Positions 49,442 to 59,916 of a stretch of 64,000 nt of DNA are shown here, piece after piece (the first letter of the stretch is position 1; each line of letters begins with the position of its first letter). Where the stretch lies: positions 2,167 through 66,166 of the IMG/VR virus record IMGVR_UViG_2816332652_000003; one strand, given 5' to 3'. Origin of the DNA: a virus. Under the pieces are notes generated by a model, which searched no databases, was not told the DNA's origin, and worked only from the letters and a program-made list of their open reading frames with translations. The translations under genes were made by a program, and so were the position numbers.

Positions 49442-50032
49442 TTGCACCATTACGGAGGTAGAATGATGAAGAGGTTCTCGCATAAAGTAGCGTATATGAC
49501 TGGTGGTATCATTATAGGAATAGTTTTTTCGACAACCGCAGGGGCGTTTGCGGATCAGGTCAAATCGCTTGTTGGGAAAAAGGTTACAGGAGAATATACA
49601 ATTGTCGTTGATGGGAAAAAATTATCTGACAAGGGAGCTGTAATTGATTCTAAAGCTAACGTTCCGGCTCGCGCCTTGTCTGAAGCACTGGGGGCTGATG
49701 TGCTAGTGGAAGGGAAAACAATTAATATAACGTCAGTTTCTAAGACTGATCAAAATGTAGTGATCGATACAAAGGCGGATGTCAATAACAAGTACATTGG
49801 AGATACAAAAAGCAGTTTAGAACAACTTAAAGCAAGTATTCTAGCCAACATATTAAATCCAACAATTGAAGGTAAAAATAAAATTCAAGCTGATATCGAA
49901 GAGTTAAAAACTTTCGGTGCGAACGATGCAGTTGCTGCAAAAGAAAAACAACTTGCACAGTATAAAGAGGACATTGAAAAGTATGAGAAGGAATTAGTAC
50001 TTATTGATGAAGCTTTACTTACTGCTAAATAA
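49442..50032 (+). CDS. Secreted protein with a copper-amine-oxidase N-terminal (stalk)-like domain
   Basis: Signal-like N-terminus; VIDSKANVPARALSEALGADV. Confidence 0.65.
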   Translation: MHHYGGRMMKRFSHKVAYMTGGIIIGIVFSTTAGAFADQVKSLVGKKVTGEYTIVVDGKKLSDKGAVIDSKANVPARALSEALGADVLVEGKTINITSVSKTDQNVVIDTKADVNNKYIGDTKSSLEQLKASILANILNPTIEGKNKIQADIEELKTFGANDAVAAKEKQLAQYKEDIEKYEKELVLIDEALLTAK

Positions 50033-50197
50033 ATCAGATTTTGAGAGTCTCTCAATTGTGGACTCTTTTTTTATTTTGCTTATATTTAACCTGTAAATCC
50101 GTAGCCACTCCGTAACAAAGATAAAAGATAATAAATCTATGAAGCCCTATTCCTTAATTGGAATGGGCTTATTTTCGTATAGAGAGGAGGAAAGGTC

Positions 50198-50404
50198 TTG
50201 GCAAAGATGACACATACACTCCAAGTTGAACTGGATCTGAATAAACCAGTTGAAGAATTGACTCAGGTAATCTCTGCGGTTCTTAGTTCACATTCACTTA
50301 ATCAAAAAGAGATTCTGACAGCTTTAGATTTGGAGATTGGGAATGCACTGGCAGCAATTGAGATTCAAGAGCAAAAGCAAGTGAATGAAGAAACAGGAAC
50401 TTAG
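50198..50404 (+). CDS. Hypothetical protein
   Basis: TTG start after GAGGAGG. Confidence 0.55.
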   Translation: MAKMTHTLQVELDLNKPVEELTQVISAVLSSHSLNQKEILTALDLEIGNALAAIEIQEQKQVNEETGT

Positions 50405-50443
50405 CTCAGGAAAATTATCCTTAGCAGAAATGAGGAGAACAAA

Positions 50444-50914
50444 TTGGATAAATGGAAAGCATTCTTTGCTTCATTAGGGGCGGTGACGGTGCCTGTGTTT
50501 GAATACTTATACGGTAGAGACGAAGCGGTAATTGGTTTTATGACGGCTGTTTTATTCTTCGTGATTTTGGATTGGATGTCAGGAATCAGTGCAGCCAAGC
50601 AAGATAATTCATATGGTAGTCGCTATGGGCTTGAAGGGATCTGGCGTACATTTTTTATACTGTTGCTTCCCGCCGGAGGACATTTATTAGATGTGGTGTT
50701 AAAAATGCCTGGTCTTATCTTTGGAGCCTTGTCTCTCGGTACTCTTTATCACGTAATTCAAAGCATGGTAGCTAACTCCATTAGGGCAGGATGGGGCCAA
50801 TGGATTCCACTACCGGTCTTTAACTGGTTAATCAACTGGGTAAAGTCTGAACTGGATAAAAAGATGGAACGGGCCGAATCCCGGAAAGGAGCTGGCACAG
50901 ATGACGCAACGTAA
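50444..50914 (+). CDS. Holin (toxin-secretion/phage-lysis family)
   Basis: TM segments; FVILDWMSGISAA; QSMVANSIRAGW. Confidence 0.85.
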   Translation: MDKWKAFFASLGAVTVPVFEYLYGRDEAVIGFMTAVLFFVILDWMSGISAAKQDNSYGSRYGLEGIWRTFFILLLPAGGHLLDVVLKMPGLIFGALSLGTLYHVIQSMVANSIRAGWGQWIPLPVFNWLINWVKSELDKKMERAESRKGAGTDDAT

Positions 50915-51596
50915 AATATCTCAAGCAGGAATTGCTCTGATTAAATCATTTGAGGGTTGTAAACTTACGGCATACAAGCCTGTTCAGTCCGAGAAGTATT
51001 GGACGATCGGCTGGGGGCATTACGGCTCTGATGTCAAACAAGGCCAGACGATCACGCAAGCTCAAGCTGATGCAATGCTTGTAGAGGACTTGGCCAAGTA
51101 TGAGGCTTTCGTCAATAACAAGGCTTACGTGCCAGTAATTGATCAGCTCACAAAGAATCAATTTGATGCATTGGTGAGCTTCTGTTACAACTGTGGTGCT
51201 GGTAATCTCAAAACGTTGTGTAACGGCCGTACCGTGGCCCAGATCGGTCAAAACATCACCAAGTACAACAAGTCCAACGGGATAGTATTGGCTGGACTGG
51301 TACGCCGCAGACAGGCTGAGCTTAACCTGTTTAACTCACCAGATAAAATTGTGCAGGAGGACAAGCCCGTGACATTAGAAGTAATGAAGCAGTTAGAGGA
51401 ACTAAAGACTACTGTTGAATCTCAGGCCAAGTGGATTGCGGCTCAGAAGGCTAAGGAGAACATGGAATGTCCTAAATGGGCAGAGGAAGCTTATGGATAC
51501 TATAAGGGATATATATCGGATAGAAATGGAAGTTATGACTTTTGGAGATACTTAACTATTAGTTATCGCAAAGAAAGAGGACTTAAGTCTAATTGA
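50901..51596 (+). CDS. Endolysin, GH24 lysozyme
   Basis: IKSFEG..LTAY...WTIGWGHY; QFDALVSFCYNCG; GLVRRRQAE. Confidence 0.92.
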   Translation: MTQRKISQAGIALIKSFEGCKLTAYKPVQSEKYWTIGWGHYGSDVKQGQTITQAQADAMLVEDLAKYEAFVNNKAYVPVIDQLTKNQFDALVSFCYNCGAGNLKTLCNGRTVAQIGQNITKYNKSNGIVLAGLVRRRQAELNLFNSPDKIVQEDKPVTLEVMKQLEELKTTVESQAKWIAAQKAKENMECPKWAEEAYGYYKGYISDRNGSYDFWRYLTISYRKERGLKSN

Positions 51597-51688
51597 CATA
51601 TTATTGTTGACAGAATAGTGTTTCTCTAGGAAAATTGTGGAATGGATAATCGGATAATTCACAATGATCTAAAAGAAAGGCTTGTTTA

Positions 51689-52219
51689 ATGATGAGTATA
51701 CCTGACTTTTTTGATAATTATCATTTGCCTGATGGTGTTCACGAGTGTACAATTGAAGAAATAGAACAGAGGTTCTTGTTTTCTTCAAAAAGGATTGAGC
51801 AATGGAAGTTATTCAAACAGATGCTAAATCGCCTTATTGGTTTGGGGCTTAAACCTTCGGCTATATTGATTGACGGCAGTTTTGTTACGGGTAGATTAGA
51901 ACCAGGAGATGTGGATTTTGCTGCGTTAATTCCGCCTGAAACTGTGCTAGAAGCCATGAAAACGATTGATGATCATGATAAAGCAGGTATTCAGCTTTTT
52001 ATGAATCCCGAAAATCAATTAGCATTAAGGAATCTTTTTGGCGCTCATTTGCTCTTGGCTGACAATGAATATACACTTGATCTATGGGCGGATTTTTTTC
52101 GTACTGGTGGACAAAATGGAAAATTGAGAGAACGGGATGAAGAAAGGGACCCTGAATGGGTAATAGTCCCTTCTGCCAAGGGTATACTAAAAGTGTACTT
52201 AGATGGGGGTGAAGTATGA
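51689..52219 (+). CDS. Pol-beta-superfamily nucleotidyltransferase (DUF6932-like)
   Basis: YHLPDGVHECT...ILIDGSFVT...PGDVD. Confidence 0.75.
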   Translation: MMSIPDFFDNYHLPDGVHECTIEEIEQRFLFSSKRIEQWKLFKQMLNRLIGLGLKPSAILIDGSFVTGRLEPGDVDFAALIPPETVLEAMKTIDDHDKAGIQLFMNPENQLALRNLFGAHLLLADNEYTLDLWADFFRTGGQNGKLRERDEERDPEWVIVPSAKGILKVYLDGGEV

Positions 52220-53298
52220 TGGAGAAATTCGACATTTCAGAACAGGTTAAAAAGCTTAATCTTGCTAAAGATAATTTGGAACGTATTCAGAAGGAATATG
52301 CTGACCAACCTGAGTTGTTAAGTTTCTATGAGCCCTCTGCTTCCTTCATGGTGAAATCCTTAAAGAAACAACTAAGTGAGTCTTTAGTTCATGAAACTGG
52401 ACATGGATTAGTTCTTGATGATGATATTGATCTTTGGGTTAGAATAGAAGGAGAAGAATTTCATGGAGGAAAAGGCCCAATTGGAGTAATTGGGTCATTC
52501 CTAAATAAATTGAACAACGCCAATAAATTTGCAGCTAGCGTTGTCTCCAGAATGAAAAATTTCACCGAGGAAATGCTTGAGATTGATGGTACCTTTGATC
52601 TTGCCGCTACAGCAAGTGGCAGCCTAAAATTAGGACTTAAACGTCATGAACTAAGTATTGTGAATGATGAGCAGATTAAATTTAATTTTTCTGAAGAACA
52701 TGATTCCGAGCCTGACAATTGGGAGATCCTTAAACGAGGAGCTAAACGTGAAGAGGTTTTTAACGACTCAATAAATCTTGTTTTAGCTGCGATAGCATCT
52801 GCAGAAGATGAAGACACTTTTGAGAAATTATCTGAAAGTTATGATCGAAAAGACATCTTAAAAGTAATTCATTTTGCTAAAGATTTACTTCCAAGTTCAC
52901 AATCGAATATTGAGGCAATATCATTTGAAATTGAACATCTACAATTTCCAAAAAAAATAATTCGTACTAATAAAGAAACAAGAAAATTGTTGTCTAGTCG
53001 TGCTAAAAAACTGATTCCGGATAAAGAGTTTATTAAAGGAAAAGGGATGATACGCGCTCTAGATCTTGATGAAAAGACCATAACTATTAGACCATTGAAA
53101 TACGAAGACAACATCCATGAAGAAGTTAAATGTATCTTTACAAAAGGGATTGATCTGAACGATCTACAACTATTAATTGATAAACCGATTAATTTAGAAG
53201 GATTCTTGGTTTTCTCCTCAAATAATCATTTATTAAGATTAGAGATCGAAGAATTCGAACTAGTTAAAAGCTTCAACGAAGTAACAGATACCAACTAA
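52216..53298 (+). CDS. Uncharacterised partner protein with an OB-fold-like C-terminus
   Basis: ATGA overlap with the upstream gene; GMIRALDLDEKTITIR...VKCIF...INLEG. Confidence 0.7.
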   Translation: MMEKFDISEQVKKLNLAKDNLERIQKEYADQPELLSFYEPSASFMVKSLKKQLSESLVHETGHGLVLDDDIDLWVRIEGEEFHGGKGPIGVIGSFLNKLNNANKFAASVVSRMKNFTEEMLEIDGTFDLAATASGSLKLGLKRHELSIVNDEQIKFNFSEEHDSEPDNWEILKRGAKREEVFNDSINLVLAAIASAEDEDTFEKLSESYDRKDILKVIHFAKDLLPSSQSNIEAISFEIEHLQFPKKIIRTNKETRKLLSSRAKKLIPDKEFIKGKGMIRALDLDEKTITIRPLKYEDNIHEEVKCIFTKGIDLNDLQLLIDKPINLEGFLVFSSNNHLLRLEIEEFELVKSFNEVTDTN

Positions 53299-53324
53299 GG
53301 AAAATGAAAAAAAGATAAGCAATG

Positions 53325-53362
53325 AAAAACTCTGTTTGCGTATTATCGCAAACAGAGTTTTT
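53325..53362. terminator. Bidirectional terminator (16-bp perfect stem)
   Basis: AAAAACTCTGTTTGCG-TATTAT-CGCAAACAGAGTTTTT. Confidence 0.85.
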
Positions 53363-53382
53363 AGAAATGAGCGATTAAATTT

Positions 53383-53937
53383 TTAACGTGATAATTCACC
53401 AGAACCTACATATTTATCTTTCTTACTATTCCACTTGTAATAGGCTACCGAAGTATCCCATCCTCCTTCAGGGAAATAATTCTTCCACGCTTGTCTGATC
53501 TCACCTGATTTTGATATTTGAATACTTACATCACCGATAATGGAGAGTTTCTTTTTAAGCGTACCATCCTGGTACTTAAAAACAAATAGTTCAGTGTTTG
53601 AAGGTGGGTAGTCTAACGTTATAGCAACATGTTTTTCTTTTGGAGAGATATTAATTATATGGAAGGTAGGATCTTCTTCGTTGTAGTAATTCGTATCTAT
53701 AAGTACTATTACACCTTTAGAGTTTATGAAATAAAAGTTGTTTGAGTCGGTGATCAATAAGTGTTCCTTTTTGTTATCGCCGTTCAGATCAATGGACTTA
53801 CTGACGGTAACGCGTTCTCTGGGGTATTTCTTTTCCAACAGTTTCTTTGGATTGATTTCAGCAGCATCCATTGTAGACGCTAGTAGACTGAATATGATTG
53901 ATAAGGAACATAACAGTGAAATTACTTTACGCAACAC
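53383..53937 (-). CDS. Secreted hypothetical protein
   Basis: Signal peptide; DLNGDNKKE (VCBS/FG-GAP-like). Confidence 0.7.
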   Translation of the reverse strand: MLRKVISLLCSLSIIFSLLASTMDAAEINPKKLLEKKYPRERVTVSKSIDLNGDNKKEHLLITDSNNFYFINSKGVIVLIDTNYYNEEDPTFHIINISPKEKHVAITLDYPPSNTELFVFKYQDGTLKKKLSIIGDVSIQISKSGEIRQAWKNYFPEGGWDTSVAYYKWNSKKDKYVGSGELSR

Positions 53938-53960
53938 AAGTCATCCTCTTCTTTTAAGTA

Positions 53961-54593
53961 TTATTGTACTTTTACAAACTCATCCACAAACTTTTGACGT
54001 TCATTTTTATTAAAATACTTACTACTTAATTGTGATTTCCAAGATTCAGGATCTGAATTTAAAGCGTTGAAATTTACATCGAAATAGGTTTCTGCAACGG
54101 ATTTATCCAAATCGACAGAGTATGTCTTTCCATCGAAAGGAACGGCAATATTAATAGTATCGGCAGAGGTGAATTGCTTCAAGAGCCGCGAAGATTCTTC
54201 CATAAGGATCTTATTGATTTCATCACCGGTACTGAAGTAATTAGTATAATCTTCTTCTGAAACACTTGATTGAGGATTGGCAGAGATGTAGTTTTCATAT
54301 GTATCATAGAACTCTACATTTATGTTGTGATCTCCGACTAATACTTCTTTTACAAAGGTACGTCCTCTAATATTTGCTGTATAGGTCAACACAGCTTCTT
54401 GATCTAGAATAGTAAGTTCCTTTTCTTCATCGCGTTCTATCAACTCATTCACATCCCCTTTATCACCTTGATCGTTACTTATAGCAGTTTGACTAGCTTC
54501 TGGTTCAGTTTTATCTCCCATGCTACCAATAGCGGCAACTAGTAGAACAATTAACAACCAAAACCACCATTTTTTATAAATAGGCTTTTTCAA
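53961..54593 (-). CDS. Membrane-anchored extracellular protein
   Basis: KKPIYKKWWFWLLIVLLVAAIG anchor; TTG start after GGAGG. Confidence 0.75.
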   Translation of the reverse strand: MKKPIYKKWWFWLLIVLLVAAIGSMGDKTEPEASQTAISNDQGDKGDVNELIERDEEKELTILDQEAVLTYTANIRGRTFVKEVLVGDHNINVEFYDTYENYISANPQSSVSEEDYTNYFSTGDEINKILMEESSRLLKQFTSADTINIAVPFDGKTYSVDLDKSVAETYFDVNFNALNSDPESWKSQLSSKYFNKNERQKFVDEFVKVQ

Positions 54594-54684
54594 TCTTCTT
54601 CCTCCTGATATAGTAATAATTAACAACATGAATAGTCTATCAGACCTAGGTGAAATTTTCTATAAAATAGTATGGGTGTGGAAA

Positions 54685-54906
54685 ATGAATACATATCGAG
54701 TGTTGGAAACAAATGAAGAGTTCTTTGTCGCTGCTTTATCACAGATACGTGTCTCTGTATGGCTTGTTCTACAGGATCAAGAGGTGATTATGGATTATGG
54801 AGGGGTATTAGAAGCGTACAGTGATGTATTAGTAAAGATTGCTGGAAATCGATATTTTAGAGACAAGTTTGAGTTTAGAGCGCACATAGTAATTAACTAT
54901 AATTGA
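54685..54906 (+). CDS. Hypothetical protein
   Basis: MNTYRVL...DYGGVLEAYSDVLVKIAGNRYFR. Confidence 0.55.
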   Translation: MNTYRVLETNEEFFVAALSQIRVSVWLVLQDQEVIMDYGGVLEAYSDVLVKIAGNRYFRDKFEFRAHIVINYN

Positions 54907-55922
54907 AACTGCATAAGGGAGAACGTTATAAGATGGGCAAATTGCAAGATTATTTGATGAAAATTATTTATTTGTTCTTAAAGATATCAGAATGGATAAA
55001 GAACAGAAATTTGTTGAGATGGTTACTTCAAAACAAAACAAAATTTTTCAATGCATTAGCTATATTTGTTGCTATTCTTGGTGTAGGTTTAATCCAAATA
55101 TTTAAACCGTACATAATGGACATTTCAGTTGTAAGGGAAAAAATATATGAGGACAAATTACAAAAAGTTAAAATCGGGTATTCTAAGAAATATGTTGAAG
55201 ATTCGATGGGCACTCCAGAAAGAGAACAAAAAATAGCTTGGTCAGATTCATACGGAAATGACCATTTAATAACAAGAACTGATTATATCAAAAAAGACTT
55301 TTTGTATACGGTTTTCTATAAAGATGATTTAAATGTTCTAGGGTACGGTCTAATATCAAGAAATAAAAATTTCAATCCAAGATTACCCTCAAAAGAATCT
55401 CCAGGTCTTTTGAAAAAAAGCCAAAATAGTTATTTGAGTGAGCATGGAGAGGTAAGATTTACAACATTTCACATAGGAACTAGGGGTGACGTTTCAGATT
55501 ACGAAATGGATTTTGATTACGGTTCATTAAGTACTCAAGGGATAATAACTGGGTATGGAGTTTCCGAATTTGGTTATCAACAACATAAGGATTCACTTCC
55601 GATTTATATTATAAATTCCTTGTTTAATGCTCCCTTCACTGAGAACTTTTACGACAATAATGGCTTTTACAACTTGCTAGGCAATACTGTCAGAACATAC
55701 GCACAATTTAGCGAGGTTGAAAAAAACAGAAGTATCGACCCGTCTGATGAAAATAGAAAGGTGTTGATCCCAAATGTAGTTCTTGTTTTTGATGGAACAA
55801 GCGGTTACGGCTATACAGAAATCAACAATTTTGACATAGCCTTTGAATTTATAATTGATCAACTCAAGTTTGGTTTTTTGTATGAAAGAGGAGAGTTCAA
55901 TAACATAACAGAGAGATTTTAA
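54903..55922 (+). CDS. Membrane-anchored accessory protein
   Basis: Single TM helix FFNALAIFVAILGVGLIQI followed by a large soluble domain. Confidence 0.7.
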   Translation: MKLHKGERYKMGKLQDYLMKIIYLFLKISEWIKNRNLLRWLLQNKTKFFNALAIFVAILGVGLIQIFKPYIMDISVVREKIYEDKLQKVKIGYSKKYVEDSMGTPEREQKIAWSDSYGNDHLITRTDYIKKDFLYTVFYKDDLNVLGYGLISRNKNFNPRLPSKESPGLLKKSQNSYLSEHGEVRFTTFHIGTRGDVSDYEMDFDYGSLSTQGIITGYGVSEFGYQQHKDSLPIYIINSLFNAPFTENFYDNNGFYNLLGNTVRTYAQFSEVEKNRSIDPSDENRKVLIPNVVLVFDGTSGYGYTEINNFDIAFEFIIDQLKFGFLYERGEFNNITERF

Positions 55923-56054
55923 TGAAACTGAAGTATGAATTCAGCGAATTGGCTAGTAATCAAGATTAGTACAAGGTGATTTAGCAATTAATTAAACATA
56001 TATAGACAAAAAAAATTTAGAGCAGCAAAGTATCATCGCTGCTCTTTTGAATCT

Positions 56055-56726
56055 TTAGATTACCTCTTTAACTAGACCCTCAGTGTTATTCCGTACATTA
56101 CCAACTTCCTTTGGTACCTCGTATGCTCGCATCTCAGACGCTTGATATGGCTTCAAAAGGCCAAGCAAAGACTGAACATTGTCATTATCCCTACCAAGCC
56201 ATTCCGACTCATCCTCGGGTCTTAGGATAACCGGCATACGATTATGAATGTCTTCCATAAGACTATTTGGTTCCGTTGTAATGATGGTGCACGTACTCAA
56301 TTTGTTTCCATCCGGATCTGTCCAGGTATCGTACAGGCCAGCCAGCGAGAATAGACTGTCATCCTTCATCAGAATACGCATTGGTTGCTTTTCCGTTCCT
56401 TCCTTACGCCACTCATAAAATCCATTCGTCGGTATAATACACCTCTTAGAGCTGATCAGACGTTTAAAGGCTGGCTTTTCTGCTAGTGTCTCGGCCCGAG
56501 CGTTAATCATCTTATTACCAATCTTGTCATCCTTAGCCCAAACGGGAACCAATCCCCATCGGAGTGCACCCAATCGATTGCCGTCTTTGCTCCCGATGAT
56601 CGTGGGAATGTTTTGCATGGGTGCTGCATTGTAATTAGGTTTGTACTCAAACCCATCAGCTATAGAAGCATAGTACCTGTCCATTATCGCGTCTAAGGGA
56701 TCAGTGATTGTAAATCTTCCGCACAT
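56055..56726 (-). CDS. SOS response-associated peptidase (SRAP/HMCES-like)
   Basis: MCGRF N-terminus, INARAET, GFYEW, HNRMPVIL. Confidence 0.95.
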   Translation of the reverse strand: MCGRFTITDPLDAIMDRYYASIADGFEYKPNYNAAPMQNIPTIIGSKDGNRLGALRWGLVPVWAKDDKIGNKMINARAETLAEKPAFKRLISSKRCIIPTNGFYEWRKEGTEKQPMRILMKDDSLFSLAGLYDTWTDPDGNKLSTCTIITTEPNSLMEDIHNRMPVILRPEDESEWLGRDNDNVQSLLGLLKPYQASEMRAYEVPKEVGNVRNNTEGLVKEVI

Positions 56727-56931
56727 GATAATGCCTCCTTTGAGACTCTATAATATGTAATTTTACTCAAATATTTAAGAATAGAAACGGGTAATTTGTG
56801 GAGATGTGTATCCAAAATAAAATAAAAATGCAATAAATTGGATGATATTTATAGATCAGCAAGTTTATGTTTAGACACACTTATAAGATCAGTGTATCTT
56901 GTTACGAGATTGAAACAAAAGATGTGGAGGA

Positions 56932-57744
56932 ATGATTATGAGAAAGTTGTTTACTAGAAAGGTAGGAATTTTACTTGTTGCATTTTTAATTTCTACAGGA
57001 GCTCTTTTCCAAACAGAAGTAAAAGCTGCTACAGATTATACAGGAGGATTATTGGACAACAAAGTTTTTAAATTCTTAAAACCAACAAACTTTAGTACCA
57101 ATTTAAGTGATTATGATACTTCTACTGATTATGCGAAGTTAATTACTGATAACAATGAAGCTACCTCCAATACATTAGCCATGAATAACCCTTCAAAGAC
57201 TACATACAACCAAGCGATGGTAGTTTACAAGTTTGATACTGAGGTTAAAGTTTACTCATTCATATTAAAAGCAGATAATCGTGCAACTATTACGTTTTTT
57301 GATTCTGAGGGAAAATATATACCAATTGTTTGGGACACTGCCATTGATGGTATGGTTCATGAATCCGAGACAATAGAAGGTGTTCGTTATGTTGCGTTGA
57401 CAAATCCTAACGTTAATATCGGGATTAAAGTTAGTGAATTTAATGTCTATGGAGTTCCTATGCAAGAGCCCGAGCCACAACCAGAGCCTGGCTCAGATCC
57501 ACAAGAACCATCAGGTACCCGCGCGATGCTAGTAATTACAATGACTACTGGCTTGGAGAAAGAGTTTGACCTAAGCATGCTGGAGGTAAATAACTTCATT
57601 GATTGGTATGAAGCCAAACAAACTGGGAGTGGGAAGGCATCTTATGCAATCGACAAGCATGATAATAACAAAGGACCGTTTAAGAGTCGTAAAGACTACA
57701 TCCTGTTTGATCGAGTTCTAACGTTTGAAGTGAGCGAATATTAA
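56932..57744 (+). CDS. Secreted modular protein with a Pro-rich linker
   Basis: Signal peptide; EPEPQPEPGSDPQEP linker; distinct C-terminal domain. Confidence 0.75.
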   Translation: MIMRKLFTRKVGILLVAFLISTGALFQTEVKAATDYTGGLLDNKVFKFLKPTNFSTNLSDYDTSTDYAKLITDNNEATSNTLAMNNPSKTTYNQAMVVYKFDTEVKVYSFILKADNRATITFFDSEGKYIPIVWDTAIDGMVHESETIEGVRYVALTNPNVNIGIKVSEFNVYGVPMQEPEPQPEPGSDPQEPSGTRAMLVITMTTGLEKEFDLSMLEVNNFIDWYEAKQTGSGKASYAIDKHDNNKGPFKSRKDYILFDRVLTFEVSEY

Positions 57745-57797
57745 ACAGTCAATACAAAAGGCTCCGCATTAAGTTGCGAAGCCTTTTTTGCATTATC

Positions 57798-58688
57798 TCA
57801 GACAATAAATTGATCAAATACAGGTATACGCAGTAAGCCCGATTTGGTCCAGTTCCGCATTTTGACCCTGGCTTGTATACGTGGTTCCAGGTAAACGTGA
57901 TTCTTGTCCTCTCCAGTCACAAGCTGCTGGCACACTCCGCGGAAAGCTTGCTTATGTTTTGGACTCGGGCCATGCTCAATAATCCCTACCGGACGCATCC
58001 TGCCAGTTGGATCTGGAACGGCAGCAAGCCACCCAAATTCGGCCTTTTTGTATCCTGTGATGAACACATCTGTATAGGACCAGTTAATAACCTTCAGCCA
58101 ATCCTTGGACCGTCTGCTGACGTACTGACTGTCTTTGCTTTTACCAACTACTCCTTCCATACCCATAGCCTCTATCTGAGCGTATAGATCTTCTCCAGCA
58201 CCTTCTATATAGGGCACAACTCCAAAGTTAGAGGAAGGAAGAGATAGACTGTGTAGGATCATCTTGCGTTCCATAAGAGGTAGCTTACGTAGATCTCGTC
58301 CTTGGTAGAAAAGAATATCAAATATAGCAAACGTGGCAGGCAGTTTATGAGTGAGCTGTGTTATCTTGCTGGCCTGCTTGGTGCTGAATCTACTCATGAC
58401 TGCTTCAAAGTCGTTAAGCCCTGTCTCTGGATCGGTGCAAGCGACCTCGCCGTCCAGGATAATATCAGAGTCAAACGGCAGAAGCAATTCCGGGTACTGA
58501 TGGGTGCAGTCGTTGTTGTGACGAGTGAATAGCCGGACTTCTCCAGCTTGTTGCGAATATATCAACCGGTGACCGTCAACTTTAGGTTCAAAAATGAATT
58601 CTGAATGTGAGAAGGGACCTGGTGCTGTTTCAAGTAACATAGGACTTATGAACATAAAAACACCTCTGATCCAATTATAGCGTTTCAA
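57798..58688 (-). CDS. ATP-dependent DNA ligase (LigD-type ligase domain)
   Basis: EPKVDG, ILDGEV, IFDIL, MEGVVGK, WLKV; start probably 58655. Confidence 0.9.
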   Translation of the reverse strand: MKRYNWIRGVFMFISPMLLETAPGPFSHSEFIFEPKVDGHRLIYSQQAGEVRLFTRHNNDCTHQYPELLLPFDSDIILDGEVACTDPETGLNDFEAVMSRFSTKQASKITQLTHKLPATFAIFDILFYQGRDLRKLPLMERKMILHSLSLPSSNFGVVPYIEGAGEDLYAQIEAMGMEGVVGKSKDSQYVSRRSKDWLKVINWSYTDVFITGYKKAEFGWLAAVPDPTGRMRPVGIIEHGPSPKHKQAFRGVCQQLVTGEDKNHVYLEPRIQARVKMRNWTKSGLLRIPVFDQFIV

Positions 58689-58726
58689 TACAATAGATAG
58701 AGGCGGTAAGTTATGGAATTGTCATC

Positions 58727-59011
58727 TTAATTCTGCGATGATTTTTCAATGAGCTGTTCTAAAGTTAAATCTTTGTTATTAATCCACCACGATGCAGAAG
58801 TCTTATTTTGGAGCGGCAACAAAGTCTCTAAATTTTTATCTTTGTCGTGGGCTTGATTTAAAAATTTGATCCTGATATCTCGTGCCCATTTAATCTGAGC
58901 TACAGAACCCTTGAGGTCTGGTATATTATAGTGGATTTCGATTTCACTTGCTAGGTTATTTGAATAATCTTCCATCTCTTTAGAGCGTACAATCTTAACC
59001 AGGATAATCAC
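58727..59011 (-). CDS. Small hypothetical protein
   Basis: PDLKGSVAQIKWARDIR...ASWWINNK. Confidence 0.6.
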   Translation of the reverse strand: MIILVKIVRSKEMEDYSNNLASEIEIHYNIPDLKGSVAQIKWARDIRIKFLNQAHDKDKNLETLLPLQNKTSASWWINNKDLTLEQLIEKSSQN

Positions 59012-59380
59012 CTCGTTTTTAGTTTATAAGGATTATTAGTATTGTTTAGAAGAGTTTCTTCATATTGATTAGCCTGTTTTTTTATAGAATATCTTTTTCA
59101 TTCTTCTTTCTCCTGATATAGTAATAATTAACAACAAAACATAGTCTATCAGACCTAAGAAAATGTTTCTATATTTATATTGGGATAATTTACAATAATA
59201 TCGAATTAGGCTATAATATAACCAAATCCGAAAGTATCGGTGAAAAAGCACTGCTGGCAAACGCTCGCAGTGCTTTTTTTGTATTATTTTATATATGTTT
59301 CATATTATATGGGTGTTTATATACATAAAAATATTTAAATGGTATATTGTGTATCTAAAATGTAATTAGGAGGAAATAAA

Positions 59381-59884
59381 ATGAAGAAACTAGCAAGTGG
59401 TTTAATAGCAGGAGCTTTGTTACTTTCACTAACAGCAGGGGTAGCATCAGCTGATTCAAGTGTACATAATCTTCCCAGTGTACCTCCTGTAAACAACACA
59501 AATGTAATTGTGCCATTTGGTCAAGATAAACCAGGTACTAATGCTTCTACACATGATTTATCTGTAAGTAGCTATAACTATCAAGTACAAAAAGTTGGAT
59601 ATGAGGTTTTTACTGACAAGTGGCTTACAGGTGCTACTTCAATTAAAGTTCAAGTACTCAATTGGGCTTTGGTAAATAATGGTGGTGGGGCAACCAATAA
59701 ACTAATTATTTCTATTTATAGTGCAAATGGTTTAGTTGCGAATAAACAAATTAATCCTAATAATACTCTTTCCCATACATTTACTGGCCTGAACAAAAGC
59801 ACTAAATATTACGTTAAATTCTCTGTAGATACTGGAAATGATAATACCTACTCCTTTAACGGCGCTATATCCTCAGTAAAATAA
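59381..59884 (+). CDS. Secreted hypothetical protein
   Basis: Signal peptide ending ASA; RBS GGAGG. Confidence 0.75.
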   Translation: MKKLASGLIAGALLLSLTAGVASADSSVHNLPSVPPVNNTNVIVPFGQDKPGTNASTHDLSVSSYNYQVQKVGYEVFTDKWLTGATSIKVQVLNWALVNNGGGATNKLIISIYSANGLVANKQINPNNTLSHTFTGLNKSTKYYVKFSVDTGNDNTYSFNGAISSVK

Positions 59885-59916
59885 TATTTTGTATTAATGT
59901 AGAAAGGCTATGGACT

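Noticed and set aside
51504-51526. Self-target of the TnpB guide in the endolysin gene (AGGG-ATATATA)
   Set aside because: Only 7 nt match. The other partial match near 55998 has 9 nt but lacks the GG-ending TAM.
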